Positions 18,979 to 28,517 of a DNA stretch of 64,000 nucleotides are shown in pieces. The position numbers and the translations under genes were made by a program. The stretch's first letter is position 1. Each line of letters begins with the position of its first letter. Source of the DNA: a virus (Duplodnaviria > Caudoviricetes); the IMG/VR virus record IMGVR_UViG_3300020050_016625, positions 1 through 64,000 of that record; one strand, given 5' to 3'. The notes beneath the pieces were generated by a model. That model made no database searches. It was not told the origin of the DNA and saw only the letters and a list, made by a program, of their open reading frames with translations.

Positions 18979-20418
18979 TTAATAATCATTATCTCCAAAC
19001 TTACTCTCCCACCATTGATATTTTGTTTGTTTTCCAACTGTATCATCTAAGTACATTTCGCTACGTCTATCAAAAGCATAATGGTATTGTTTATCCTCTG
19101 GATTTGTACGTGGGTCATAGCTTTCGTTATTTGTATCATGGTCTGCATAATAGATTCCATTTACCATTCCATCTTTTTCATATCCCATATTAGTTTTAGG
19201 CTTTTTAGATAGAAACGTTTTTGTCGCTTTGAATGTTTGTGTAGTTGTATTTTTACTTTTCCAAATATTGTATTTTTCTGTAATATCCTCCCAAACGATT
19301 TGTCCCCATTTCTTTTCAAGACACATTTCAAGTCTATCAATTACAAATCCTATATCAAACTTGCAAAGTGTATTAATTTGCTTTTCTTTCTCAAAAGAAG
19401 GCTTATATTTCATTCCTGTATTGGTTAGCACATCTTCCCACAATCCCATTGCAATATTGATTTGTTTTTCAAATTCAATCTTACTGCTATTTTCGGGCAT
19501 AGTCTCTAATTGCTTATCAAATACACCTGGAAATTGAACAGAAGTATTTGTATTGATTCTTTTAAGCCTACTTTGTTGCTGCTGTTCTTTATATGCCTTA
19601 TAATCTGTATTTGTATCTTTTGAATATTGAACAGGAATAGAAGCAAAATCATTTTCATCTGCTATATTATTTGCATTTTCGGTTTCTTGACTTGAAAAAT
19701 CTTTAAAATTTTTGATTGCCGAAAAATCGCTTGCTCTCTCTCTCTCTTCTTCTTTTTTTTCTGTTGTAGTCTCTGTTGTAATCTTTGTAGTAGTATATGT
19801 ATAGTCCCTCATTTGACTGACCCCTATCCCTGAATTGAGGGATAGGGGGGTAGGTAATTCATTGATAGGGCTATCCTCATTTGAAGTATAGCTATCCTTT
19901 GGGTTATCCACACCTTTGCTTTCATTAGCAGACACCTTTTCTTTTTCAATCTTTATAGGCTGCAATACTTCTTTACCAATAGTAGCCTTTTCTACCATTT
20001 GTGGGAAAATTTGAATAAACATAATATTGCCTACATTTACATCTGCTATCCTAATAGTTCTAAAAACTCGCTTTATTAAGCCTACACTTTCAAGAAAAGC
20101 CACAGCCTCACGACAATCAGTGTCGCTGCAACCAAATGTTTCAATCATAGCAGCGTAAGAACGTTGCAATAAATCAGATTTGAAACGTTTTTTTATTTCG
20201 GTTACTTCGCCTGTAACCTCGTCCCTAATGACTATATTTCGATACCAATATACAATATCTGCTAAAATATTAATAGCAAGCAAGTGCGCTTTAGGCTTTA
20301 CTTTGCCATTTGAAGAACCTTGTTTTTGGATAGTCTTATACCATTGAGGAGGTATAATATTTCCTATTAAGTGGATTTTTGAAACCTCATTAGTTTCTTG
20401 TGTTGTGTCCAAAATCAT
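18979..20418 (-). CDS. phage replication initiator/organiser (N-terminal winged HTH)
   Basis: GNIIPPQWY, LLAINILADIVYWYR, LQRSY motifs, YTYTTTKITTETTT linker; ATG at 20418; upstream of helicase and primase. Confidence 0.75.
   Translation of the reverse strand: MILDTTQETNEVSKIHLIGNIIPPQWYKTIQKQGSSNGKVKPKAHLLAINILADIVYWYRNIVIRDEVTGEVTEIKKRFKSDLLQRSYAAMIETFGCSDTDCREAVAFLESVGLIKRVFRTIRIADVNVGNIMFIQIFPQMVEKATIGKEVLQPIKIEKEKVSANESKGVDNPKDSYTSNEDSPINELPTPLSLNSGIGVSQMRDYTYTTTKITTETTTEKKEEERERASDFSAIKNFKDFSSQETENANNIADENDFASIPVQYSKDTNTDYKAYKEQQQQSRLKRINTNTSVQFPGVFDKQLETMPENSSKIEFEKQINIAMGLWEDVLTNTGMKYKPSFEKEKQINTLCKFDIGFVIDRLEMCLEKKWGQIVWEDITEKYNIWKSKNTTTQTFKATKTFLSKKPKTNMGYEKDGMVNGIYYADHDTNNESYDPRTNPEDKQYHYAFDRRSEMYLDDTVGKQTKYQWWESKFGDNDY
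19802..19884. repeat. candidate replication origin inside the initiator gene
   Basis: perfect 11-bp inverted repeat CCCCTATCCCT/AGGGATAGGGG (19821-19848) flanked by two CCTCATTTGA copies. Confidence 0.45.
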
Positions 20419-20440
20419 ACTGTTAGTATAAAATAAAAAT

Positions 20441-20537
20441 GGCTTTGATTGCATGTTTTGAGTTAAGTAGTATGCCAAACCATACAACCATATAAGAAGC
20501 ACCACCTTCCTAAACTCGAAAACACGCAAGCAAAGCC
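20441..20537 (-). ncRNA. C4/CI-like structured RNA in the leader of the replication operon
   Basis: about 23-bp closing stem and two hairpins whose loops are complementary to upstream leader elements. Confidence 0.6.
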
Positions 20538-20654
20538 TACGAATATGTAATATCTTTCTGTTGATTAGAATAGTCTTTTTAGCTGCATATTTGGCACAAT
20601 AAAAACAATAGCGTGGTGTTCTATTATTTCGCTAAACTAACTATAAAAACCTCA

Positions 20655-20688
20655 CAAATTTACAATTTTAAGCATGTACATTGTACAT
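20655..20688 (-). promoter_or_regulatory. TAnnTTTG promoter with TGTACA-N-TGTACA palindrome
   Basis: TAAATTTG (20662-20655); ATGTACATTGTACAT (20674-20688). Confidence 0.55.
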
Positions 20689-20822
20689 ATTTAGTTATTA
20701 ACAAAAATACAACTATTTTGTTTAAAAATGAAATATATTTTGTATTTCAAAAAAAAAATAGTTTCTTTGCAAAATATTAGATATTGGGAACTATCTAAAA
20801 TAGGCGGCATAATATTAAAGAT

Positions 20823-21338
20823 ATGCCAAAAAAGGCAAAGGAAACCGCAATATATTGGGCTTGTTATAGCGAATGTATTATTTACCATAGCAAGCCAAAG
20901 TTTTGTGTAAGCAGTAAAACGCCTACACAAAGTAAGTATGTGGCTATATCGAAAAAGGAAATACACAACAAAGTATTGCTTGTTAGAAAAAAGTATGCAG
21001 GTAGATTAGCCTTTAATCAATCGAAACGGAAAAGGAAATACAAGGCAATTATTTTAGCTGTATTGAATGATAAGCTAAAGGCTAAAATGTATCAGTTAGG
21101 CATATCTGCACTTGAAAAATACGTGCCTATTTCAGAAATACAAGCCAAAAAACATGCTACTGAAATTAAGCGACATTATGTATATACAGATTTTAGTGCC
21201 TACGAATGGAGTATAATTGATTGCCCTATACTAAGGAAAATACAAGCAGATAGCAATAAGTCAGGTTATCAAATAAGCATGTTGAATGTTGATAAGTATA
21301 ATATTAACGAATCTAAGAAGGTTTACAGAAGGAAATAA
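20823..21338 (+). CDS. basic hypothetical protein
   Basis: ORF ending at a terminator. Confidence 0.65.
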   Translation: MPKKAKETAIYWACYSECIIYHSKPKFCVSSKTPTQSKYVAISKKEIHNKVLLVRKKYAGRLAFNQSKRKRKYKAIILAVLNDKLKAKMYQLGISALEKYVPISEIQAKKHATEIKRHYVYTDFSAYEWSIIDCPILRKIQADSNKSGYQISMLNVDKYNINESKKVYRRK

Positions 21339-21378
21339 AAAAAAACACCTGCTAAAATCAATTAGCAGGTGTTTTTTT
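21337..21378. terminator. bidirectional intrinsic terminator
   Basis: AAAAAAACACCTGCTAA..TTAGCAGGTGTTTTTTT. Confidence 0.85.
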
Positions 21379-21851
21379 TATTTGAAATACTCTTTTTTTC
21401 TTGCTTTGCCGTAACCTTTGTTTATCTCTATATAAAACTTTAATTTTTGCTTATTGAAAAGCCTAATGTATGTAGCCTTGCATTTTGGCGTTTGTTTCAT
21501 TAGATTTTTAGCGATTCTTTCAACTTGGTTGCTACCTTCGATTGAATCTAAGATGTAAGTCTTACATTTGTTATCGGTAGTTTTTATGGTTATCATTGCG
21601 TTATCAATGCCGCTATCTTTGTTCACTCTTTCATTATAGTAGGCTGTATATTCTTTCTCAAACTGCTTAGATTCCATGAATTTAGCCACTTCAATATAGT
21701 CTTTGTCTTGACTTTGATGTGAATTATATAAATCAACACCTCTTTGCGTAATAATGCCTTTTTCTAAGGCTTTATCAACTACAAATTTCATCGCTATTTC
21801 TATTCTTTTCATTCCTGAAAGAAGGTTAAAATCTGTTGCTGTATTTGACAT
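21378..21851 (-). CDS. hypothetical protein with its own promoter cassette
   Basis: preceded by leader hairpin, TAnnTTTG box and operator. Confidence 0.7.
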   Translation of the reverse strand: MSNTATDFNLLSGMKRIEIAMKFVVDKALEKGIITQRGVDLYNSHQSQDKDYIEVAKFMESKQFEKEYTAYYNERVNKDSGIDNAMITIKTTDNKCKTYILDSIEGSNQVERIAKNLMKQTPKCKATYIRLFNKQKLKFYIEINKGYGKARKKEYFK

Positions 21852-21873
21852 AATTCAAAAGTATTAAAAATTA

Positions 21874-21963
21874 TTTTGGCGTTATTGCCGTTTGTTGAAG
21901 CAAAGATAAATGCTTATTTCGGATATGCAATAAAATTATACATAAACTACATACTTATGTAGC
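21874..21963 (-). promoter_or_regulatory. operator, TAnnTTTG promoter and leader hairpin
   Basis: AACTACATACTTATGTAGC (21945-21963), TATCTTTG (21908-21901), AAACGGCAATAACGCCAAAA (21893-21874). Confidence 0.6.
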
Positions 21964-22242
21964 CTTATTACACATAACACCTACTTTTATCCTACTAACA
22001 TTCAATTTCGACTTACTCAATAGATACCTAAAAACACGTTTTTTCTCACTATGCTGTGTAGTGAAAATTACATTATACTCATTCAAACGTTTTTGAATAA
22101 GCGTATCAATATCTTTTAATCTGTAATTTAGCGGTACATTTACGCCTATTCCATACGTAGTAGCATAAACCCAACCACCGCACAAATCTAAGCCATTGAA
22201 TAACTTGACTATGTCTATTTTTTCAAAAAAGTTATTTTCCAT
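21955..22242 (-). CDS. hypothetical protein
   Basis: coupled ORF. Confidence 0.65.
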   Translation of the reverse strand: MENNFFEKIDIVKLFNGLDLCGGWVYATTYGIGVNVPLNYRLKDIDTLIQKRLNEYNVIFTTQHSEKKRVFRYLLSKSKLNVSRIKVGVMCNKAT

Positions 22243-22484
22243 TATTTGCTATTTAAACATTTATCTGCATAACTAAACAATCTGCTATGCAGGTTCTCAC
22301 TTTGCAGGTATTTAGGTAAATTACCCCAAAATCCCCTACCTTCTGCAATACACCACAAATTTACGCAAAAGTTACCATTTTTATCGAACCCTATCAATAA
22401 GCGATAAGTTTCTAAATAAACGATTTCTATGTGTCTATTTGTGGCGTATTTTTTAACAAATGATATAGTTCTTCTGCGTTCCAT
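22242..22484 (-). CDS. hypothetical protein
   Basis: coupled ORF. Confidence 0.65.
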   Translation of the reverse strand: MERRRTISFVKKYATNRHIEIVYLETYRLLIGFDKNGNFCVNLWCIAEGRGFWGNLPKYLQSENLHSRLFSYADKCLNSK

Positions 22485-22489
22485 ATAAA

Positions 22490-22822
22490 TTAATCTTGAA
22501 AAGCGGCTTCAACATCTAAGTATCTTACCAAAAAATTTGTATCTAATATCATAAAATCCCTACCCTCAAATGTTTCTACGATATTCTCAATAAAAAGTTC
22601 TATACCATTTCGTATTGCGCCTTTTCTTGTGAATATTGCAGGGCAGCCCTCCTCGCCTAAATACATAGCCCTATACTCACTTGATGGTGTTTCAAACCAA
22701 GTTTCAAACAAATGTTCTACACACTTATAAATTGTAGAGCTTGTTTTTGCTTTTATCGGTTCGTAGGTTTCAGTATCTACGAACTCAATACCGTACAATT
22801 TTGATATAAACTTTATTTTCAT
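22490..22822 (-). CDS. hypothetical protein
   Basis: ATG about 22822 after the ECF-type promoter. Confidence 0.65.
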   Translation of the reverse strand: MKIKFISKLYGIEFVDTETYEPIKAKTSSTIYKCVEHLFETWFETPSSEYRAMYLGEEGCPAIFTRKGAIRNGIELFIENIVETFEGRDFMILDTNFLVRYLDVEAAFQD

Positions 22823-22843
22823 AATTTGGAAGTTTTGAGTATA

Positions 22844-22869
22844 TACGAATCTCCTTTGAAAAGGTTGCA
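22844..22869 (-). promoter_or_regulatory. ECF-type promoter TGCAAC-N16-CGTA
   Basis: minus strand TGCAACCTTTTCAAAGGAGATTCGTA. Confidence 0.65.
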
Positions 22870-22884
22870 TTTAAACAAAATAGG

Positions 22885-23451
22885 GTGTTTTTTGTTACTG
22901 TAAAAATGAATAAGCAAATCCTACATTTAGATATTCCTATTCTACATAGTAGCCATATTTCAATAAATGCCATTAAATTACATAGTGGTATAGATATAAG
23001 GCTGCTAAATAATGCTATTTTCAATGAGATTAGTAATAAAGTAGCTATATTTAAATCCATGCAGAAATGTAGGAATTATGCAGATATAGTAGGCTATTTA
23101 ACTGGTTTTGAATTTATCTATACAAGTAATGATTTGGGCGGTTATTGCGATTTAAGAAACGATATTATTGCGCTTAATGCAAGTAGCGACAAAGATACGC
23201 ATATTCCTATTCTATGCCATGAAATAGCGCACACTATACAGCGTGAATTAGGCTTTTATTCAATCAATACAGACGTTATTACAAAAGCCTTACAATTAGA
23301 ACAGCAAGCAGAAACAATAGCTTTTTACCTACATAAAAATCTATTTGGATATGCAGATAAAAGCAAGTTCAATTCATATATGAGTAAAGGCGATTGGTTG
23401 TGGCTTGCAAATTATTATAAAGGTTTTATAGAGAATGATTTATTTTTATAA
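22885..23451 (+). CDS. zincin metallopeptidase (ImmA/IrrE-like)
   Basis: LCHEIAH (HExxH) and downstream EQQAE. Confidence 0.7.
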   Translation: MFFVTVKMNKQILHLDIPILHSSHISINAIKLHSGIDIRLLNNAIFNEISNKVAIFKSMQKCRNYADIVGYLTGFEFIYTSNDLGGYCDLRNDIIALNASSDKDTHIPILCHEIAHTIQRELGFYSINTDVITKALQLEQQAETIAFYLHKNLFGYADKSKFNSYMSKGDWLWLANYYKGFIENDLFL

Positions 23452-23492
23452 TTTCAAATATTTTTCTTATTTTTGTACATAAATCACAAACG

Positions 23493-24614
23493 ATGCAATT
23501 TACAATTAATTCACAAGTGCTGCTAAGTTTAGCACAAAGGGCGAGCGTTATTTGCCCTTCAAAAAGTATGCTACCTATTATAGAAAACTTATTAATTTCT
23601 GTAAATGGGGCAGATAAAAAAATAACAATCACAGCTACAAACTTAGAGGATAGTATCGTAATTAGTAGCGACATTCTTACATGCGATTTCGACACTACAC
23701 AACATGTTGCTATTGCGCCAAAAATTACGGAAGATTTATTAAAATCTTTGCCGCAACAGGAATTAACTATTATCTTTACAGATAATAACGGCGTAAAATT
23801 GCAAACCGAAACGGGCTTATACTCAATTAGCGGCGAGGCTGCGGACAACTTTCCACCAGTTGCTGATTTTGAGGCATTAGATAGTTTTGAGTTGCAAAAA
23901 AAGACTTTCATGCGTGGCTACGAAAAGGTTGGATTTGCGATAAGTACAGACCCAGATAGAATGGCACTTAATTGCATGTATGTAAGACTTTCAAAGGGGG
24001 AAATTACATTTGTAGGAACAGATGCACACAAATTAGTAGCATTTGCAGTTGATTTTGAAACGGAAAAGGAACTTAATTTTTTATTGCGCCAAAAAGCATG
24101 TGATTTCATTAAGAAATCGCTAAATGCAAACGATACAATAAAAATTTCGCTTTCTGAAAACAACATTGTTTTTGAATCCGAAAATAGTAAAATTATCATT
24201 CGTGCGTTGCAAGAAAAATACCCTAAATGGGAAAATGTTATCCCGCAAAACAATGATAAGCGTGTAAGTATCGCAAAAGAGGATTTATTGCGTTCTATCA
24301 AAAGAACAGGCTTTTTCGCTAATAAGGTAAGTAACCTTATTCAATTAAATATAGGCGAAAATAAAATGGATATTCAATCGGAAGATTTAGACTTTGCAAC
24401 AGAAGCAAAAGAGATACTTAGATGTGTTTCAGATAGCGAAATTGCAATAGGCATGAACGCTGTGAATATGGCTGCTTGTTTAAACATTATTGATACTGAT
24501 ATTGTTAATATAGAACTTGGTGAGCCTAACAGGGCTGTGCTTTTAAAGAATGAGAAAGATATTTTAGGCGAAACATTGACAGTATTGGTTATGCCTATTA
24601 TGCTCACAAATTAA
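23493..24614 (+). CDS. dnaN: DNA polymerase III beta sliding clamp
   Basis: LPIIENLL, ATNLE, VGTDAHKL, YPKWENVIP, VLVMP; 373 aa. Confidence 0.95.
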   Translation: MQFTINSQVLLSLAQRASVICPSKSMLPIIENLLISVNGADKKITITATNLEDSIVISSDILTCDFDTTQHVAIAPKITEDLLKSLPQQELTIIFTDNNGVKLQTETGLYSISGEAADNFPPVADFEALDSFELQKKTFMRGYEKVGFAISTDPDRMALNCMYVRLSKGEITFVGTDAHKLVAFAVDFETEKELNFLLRQKACDFIKKSLNANDTIKISLSENNIVFESENSKIIIRALQEKYPKWENVIPQNNDKRVSIAKEDLLRSIKRTGFFANKVSNLIQLNIGENKMDIQSEDLDFATEAKEILRCVSDSEIAIGMNAVNMAACLNIIDTDIVNIELGEPNRAVLLKNEKDILGETLTVLVMPIMLTN

Positions 24615-24636
24615 TTGTAACTAATAATATTTTTAT

Positions 24637-25035
24637 ATGACAGCAACAGGAAAATTGCACGCAAAGTATGATGCGATAGCAGTATCGGATAAGTTCACAA
24701 AAAGGGATTTTGTCTTAATGATTTCAGACAATCCTACTTATCCACAATACGTATTATTTCAACTTACACAAGACAAGTGCGGTCTTTTAGACTTGGTGGA
24801 ATCAGGGCAAGACGTAGCAGTTGATTTCAATTTGAGGGGTAGAAGTTGGACTTCTCCACAAGGCGAAACGAAGTACTTTAACACCTTAGAAGCGTGGCGC
24901 ATTTCGCCTATTGCAAGTGGTGGTACGGTAACAGCACCGCAAAATGCAGCTATTCCTAACTTACCTGCTGCGGTAAATGCACCTACGGTAAATTTAGGCA
25001 GTGGCGATGATGGCGGCGGGGATTTGCCATTTTAA
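24637..25035 (+). CDS. DUF3127 single-stranded DNA-binding protein
   Basis: KRDFVL, YPQYVLFQL, FNLRGRSW, YFNTLEAWRI, acidic C-terminal DLPF. Confidence 0.9.
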   Translation: MTATGKLHAKYDAIAVSDKFTKRDFVLMISDNPTYPQYVLFQLTQDKCGLLDLVESGQDVAVDFNLRGRSWTSPQGETKYFNTLEAWRISPIASGGTVTAPQNAAIPNLPAAVNAPTVNLGSGDDGGGDLPF

Positions 25036-25108
25036 AATGGTAGTAAATAAATTTCCGTTTTAAAACACTTTTTCGTATATTTGCATATTAATTACTAATA
25101 TCTAATAT

Positions 25109-25627
25109 ATGAAAAGGTGTTTTAAGTGTTTACAAGTAAAGCAGTATTCAGAGTTTTACAGGCATAAACAAATGGCAGATGGTTTTTTAGGCAAATGTAA
25201 GGATTGCACTAAAAAAGATTCCAAAGAAAATCTTGAAAAGAAAATGCAAGATTCAGACTTTGTAGAAAAAGAAAAGGATAGACATAGGCATAAATATCAT
25301 AGGTTAGGATATAAATACATTCACAAACCTACAAGGGAAGATAAAAGAGAATCGATGAAACGATATAATGAGCGATTCCCTGAAATGGTAAAAGCAAAAA
25401 AAGCGGCAAATAGGCTGCCTAAGAATGAAAAAGGATTGCAACGCCATCATTGGTCGTACAATCCTGAACACTATCAAGATGTTATTATATTGTCAATAGC
25501 AGACCACAATACAGCACATAGGTTTATAAGATACGACCAAAGTTTTTACATGTATAGGGATTTAGAAGGCAATTTATTAGACACAAAAGAAAAACATCAA
25601 ACGCACATAAACAAATTTATCAAATGA
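25109..25627 (+). CDS. HNH-like endonuclease with N-terminal zinc finger
   Basis: CFKC..CKDC, RHHWSY..HNTAH; own TATATTTG box just upstream. Confidence 0.65.
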   Translation: MKRCFKCLQVKQYSEFYRHKQMADGFLGKCKDCTKKDSKENLEKKMQDSDFVEKEKDRHRHKYHRLGYKYIHKPTREDKRESMKRYNERFPEMVKAKKAANRLPKNEKGLQRHHWSYNPEHYQDVIILSIADHNTAHRFIRYDQSFYMYRDLEGNLLDTKEKHQTHINKFIK

Positions 25628-26454
25628 AACAATATCACGATTTAGGGCGATTCATTTTACAAAACGGTACGGATAAAAGCGACCGTACGGGAACAGGTAC
25701 ACGTAGCATTTTTGGCTATCAAATGCGTTTTAATTTGCCGCAAGGTTTCCCATTAGTTACAACAAAGCGTGTACCCTTCAAATCACTTGCAAGTGAATTG
25801 ATTTGGTTCTTAAAAGGCTGCAAAGGTGGCATAAAAGAACTAAGAGAGAAATACGGTTGTACGGTTTGGGACGAGTGGGAAGACTTAGAAAAGCGGGGTA
25901 AGGTTGTGCCGTATGGTAATATGTGGCGCAAATGGAAAACAAACACTTGTGATTTTTTACAAGGTGCGGAAATAGACCAACTAAGCGACCTTATACAGGA
26001 ATTACAAAAAAATCCTGATTCACGTAGATTGATTTTGGAGACTTGGAATGTAGGAATGATTAAGTCCTTTGTTTTGCCACCATGCCATAAAACAGCGCAA
26101 TTTTATGTAGCAAATGGGAAATTGAGTTGTATGTTAGATTTGAGGTCGTCAGATTTCTTTTTAGGTTTGCCATTCAACATAGCGCAATACGCCTTATTTA
26201 CGCACATCTTAGCAAATGTATGTGATTATAGTATAGGCGATTTGATTGTAAATTTGGGCGATTCTCACATTTATAGCAATCATTTTGAACAAGTGCAAAC
26301 AATGTTAAGTAGGGATTTTAGGGAATTACCTACACTTACATTAAATCGTAAATTAGGCAGCGATATTTCTGCTATTGATTCACTTGAATTAAGCGATTTT
26401 ACGCTAACTAACTACAATCCACATGCTAAAATATCTGCACCCGTAGCTGTATAA
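25624..26454 (+). CDS. thyA: thymidylate synthase
   Basis: [42 protein letters not shown]-terminal VAV. Confidence 0.97.
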   Translation: MKQYHDLGRFILQNGTDKSDRTGTGTRSIFGYQMRFNLPQGFPLVTTKRVPFKSLASELIWFLKGCKGGIKELREKYGCTVWDEWEDLEKRGKVVPYGNMWRKWKTNTCDFLQGAEIDQLSDLIQELQKNPDSRRLILETWNVGMIKSFVLPPCHKTAQFYVANGKLSCMLDLRSSDFFLGLPFNIAQYALFTHILANVCDYSIGDLIVNLGDSHIYSNHFEQVQTMLSRDFRELPTLTLNRKLGSDISAIDSLELSDFTLTNYNPHAKISAPVAV

Positions 26455-26459
26455 GCAAA

Positions 26460-26860
26460 GTTAATAATTTTCAATAGAATTTTATAGAAAAGTTTGGTAT
26501 TTAATAAGATAATATTTATCTTTGCATTAAAATAGAATATATGACATATAAGAAATTATCAGACTATGCAAAAGAAAGGGCTATTTGCTATAAAACAGCC
26601 CACGATAAAAACAAGTTTTCTTGACAAAGAAAGTCCTACGAAAAAGGATAAATACAAAGGTCGCAGGGTAAAAAGGGGTTTATTCAAAAGTAGTAGCGGT
26701 AAGGTTATTAATGCAGACCTAAATGGTTCTTTGCAGATACTTAAAAATGTAGCATCAAACGTTTTTAACAATGGTGTAGAGGGCTTAGTAGTTAGCCCAA
26801 TAGTTTTGACTATAAAGTAATGGCATAGTCTTCTATGGTATTACGAACTATAGTAAACAT
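26460..26860 (+). mobile_element. internally deleted IS607-family element (tnpA 5' end joined to tnpB 3' end)
   Basis: MTYKKLSDYAKERAICYKTA at 26540 resembles the IS607 TnpA HTH start; GRRVKRGLFKSSSGKVINADLNGSLQIL is a TnpB C-terminus; ends approximate. Confidence 0.75.
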
Positions 26861-26916
26861 TTTCTGCATAAACACGTTATATAGGCATAGATAAGACTTT
26901 ACTTATTTATGCCTAT
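26856..26916 (+). promoter_or_regulatory. ECF-type promoter followed by a 15-bp hairpin
   Basis: AAC(26856)-N16-CGTT(26875); ATAGGCATAGATAAG/CTTATTTATGCCTAT. Confidence 0.5.
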
Positions 26917-26925
26917 TAATTTTTT

Positions 26926-27210
26926 ATGAGAGAAGATAAAGACATTGTTTATGTGTTTAGAAAAGGCAATAATCATAATAGCCATATAGAAGGAACTTAT
27001 TGTCAAATTGTGAGCAAAGAACCCGAAATAGAGCAGGGCGCAATATCGGTGCAGCGTTTGGGCGATGCTTTTTCAAGAAATGAAAGCGTTTTGTTAGCAG
27101 GTGATTATGTAAAACTAAGGAAAAAGTATTTGCATAAATATCTCACATTCCTGTTAGAAGGCTTGCATAGGGCTGAAAATAAGGAATCATTTTACAGATT
27201 GTTTTCATAG
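26926..27210 (+). CDS. hypothetical protein
   Basis: ORF in a plus-strand cluster. Confidence 0.65.
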   Translation: MREDKDIVYVFRKGNNHNSHIEGTYCQIVSKEPEIEQGAISVQRLGDAFSRNESVLLAGDYVKLRKKYLHKYLTFLLEGLHRAENKESFYRLFS

Positions 27211-27252
27211 TAATATTTACCCTATAATAATCATAACTATATTCTACAAACT

Positions 27253-27444
27253 ATGAATGTTCAAAAATACTACGATAATCGTGCGTTTATAGATAAGTGT
27301 AATCGTTTAATAACTTTCTTTAAAAGTAGGGCAAGAGATAGTAATAACAATATACACGCTATAAACGCTATTATTTATCTGCAATTAGTTGCAAGGGTAA
27401 TAGCTGTATATAAGTCTCACTTATTACGCAATAATTCAATCTAA
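27253..27444 (+). CDS. hypothetical protein
   Basis: ORF. Confidence 0.55.
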   Translation: MNVQKYYDNRAFIDKCNRLITFFKSRARDSNNNIHAINAIIYLQLVARVIAVYKSHLLRNNSI

Positions 27445-27448
27445 TCAA

Positions 27449-27757
27449 ATGAAAAATATCATTACCATAGGCACATTAACGCACGTAATATTCAATCCAA
27501 ATGCTTGCACATTTTCGCAATCGAATAAGCAAGAAAAAGCACCGTTATTGCCAGAAATTGCATATAGAAAACCTTCAAAAGAAGTGAAAAATGGTATTGC
27601 TTCTACATTATCTGAAATGGTCTTAAAAGAAAAAGAAGTGAAAAATACTACTACTTTTGATATTTTACGACTACCTTCAATGGAATACGCTTTTCATAGA
27701 GAAAGTACTCAAAAAAAGCGTTACAATCGAAATAGCAAACAAACAAAATTTTTCTAA
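27449..27757 (+). CDS. hypothetical protein
   Basis: ORF; internal repeat KEVKN. Confidence 0.6.
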   Translation: MKNIITIGTLTHVIFNPNACTFSQSNKQEKAPLLPEIAYRKPSKEVKNGIASTLSEMVLKEKEVKNTTTFDILRLPSMEYAFHRESTQKKRYNRNSKQTKFF

Positions 27758-27768
27758 TTGTAAATAAC

Positions 27769-28503
27769 ATGCAAATAACTTTCAAATATTACGACACAAA
27801 ATATCCTGACTATCTTTTTAAGGTCGTAAAAGAAGTTTTAGGATTAACGCCTACATTTGAACATAGTAATAATACAGGTAATTTCTCCTTTGGCAATTCT
27901 GAAACAGACTTAGAAACGCTTATCAAATGTGCTGCACTTTGCGATGCAATTTGGCATGGCGATTCTTTTTATAGGAAATGGAAAATAAGCAGTGGTTATA
28001 ATTATGATTCATTGAATGAGATTGATATGATATTATATGAATCACTATTTAATAGTTACGAAAATGGCTATTATTCTCTTATTTGGCAAAATATGTTACT
28101 TGCAGAAAAGGAAGGTGGTAATGAATGGCTAAACAAGTTAAATGGGGATACAAAGGTAAGGCAAATCAATAAAGAGCCTTTTATATTGCCTGAAAAAGTT
28201 TGTTATATTGCTTGCAATAAATACGGCTGTGTAGTTATTTTCGCATGTAGTAAGACTGTATTTGATACTTGGATAGGTAGTGCCGAAGGCGATAGCGGTG
28301 AGGTTAGTAGTGAGTTTTGGATATTTATGCAAGAAAATAAAGACATTGCAAGAGATTCGTTTGATAATTGGAAAAATAACTGCTACGATATAAATGCAGG
28401 TGATTTATGTGGTGAGGGAGATTGTACTTGTAAACCTTTTGGATATATGGGTTGGAATTACGGAGCATACGATTTAGGCGAACTAATGGAAAGATTTTAT
28501 TAA
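27769..28503 (+). CDS. hypothetical protein, Cys/Trp-rich C-terminus
   Basis: 244-aa ORF. Confidence 0.7.
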   Translation: MQITFKYYDTKYPDYLFKVVKEVLGLTPTFEHSNNTGNFSFGNSETDLETLIKCAALCDAIWHGDSFYRKWKISSGYNYDSLNEIDMILYESLFNSYENGYYSLIWQNMLLAEKEGGNEWLNKLNGDTKVRQINKEPFILPEKVCYIACNKYGCVVIFACSKTVFDTWIGSAEGDSGEVSSEFWIFMQENKDIARDSFDNWKNNCYDINAGDLCGEGDCTCKPFGYMGWNYGAYDLGELMERFY

Positions 28504-28517
28504 AAAAGTGATTTTAT

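Noticed and set aside
25624-26454. ThyA as a base-modifying dCMP hydroxymethylase
   Set aside because: Retains the PFN asparagine that specifies dUMP and canonical ThyA motifs; no modification genes nearby.
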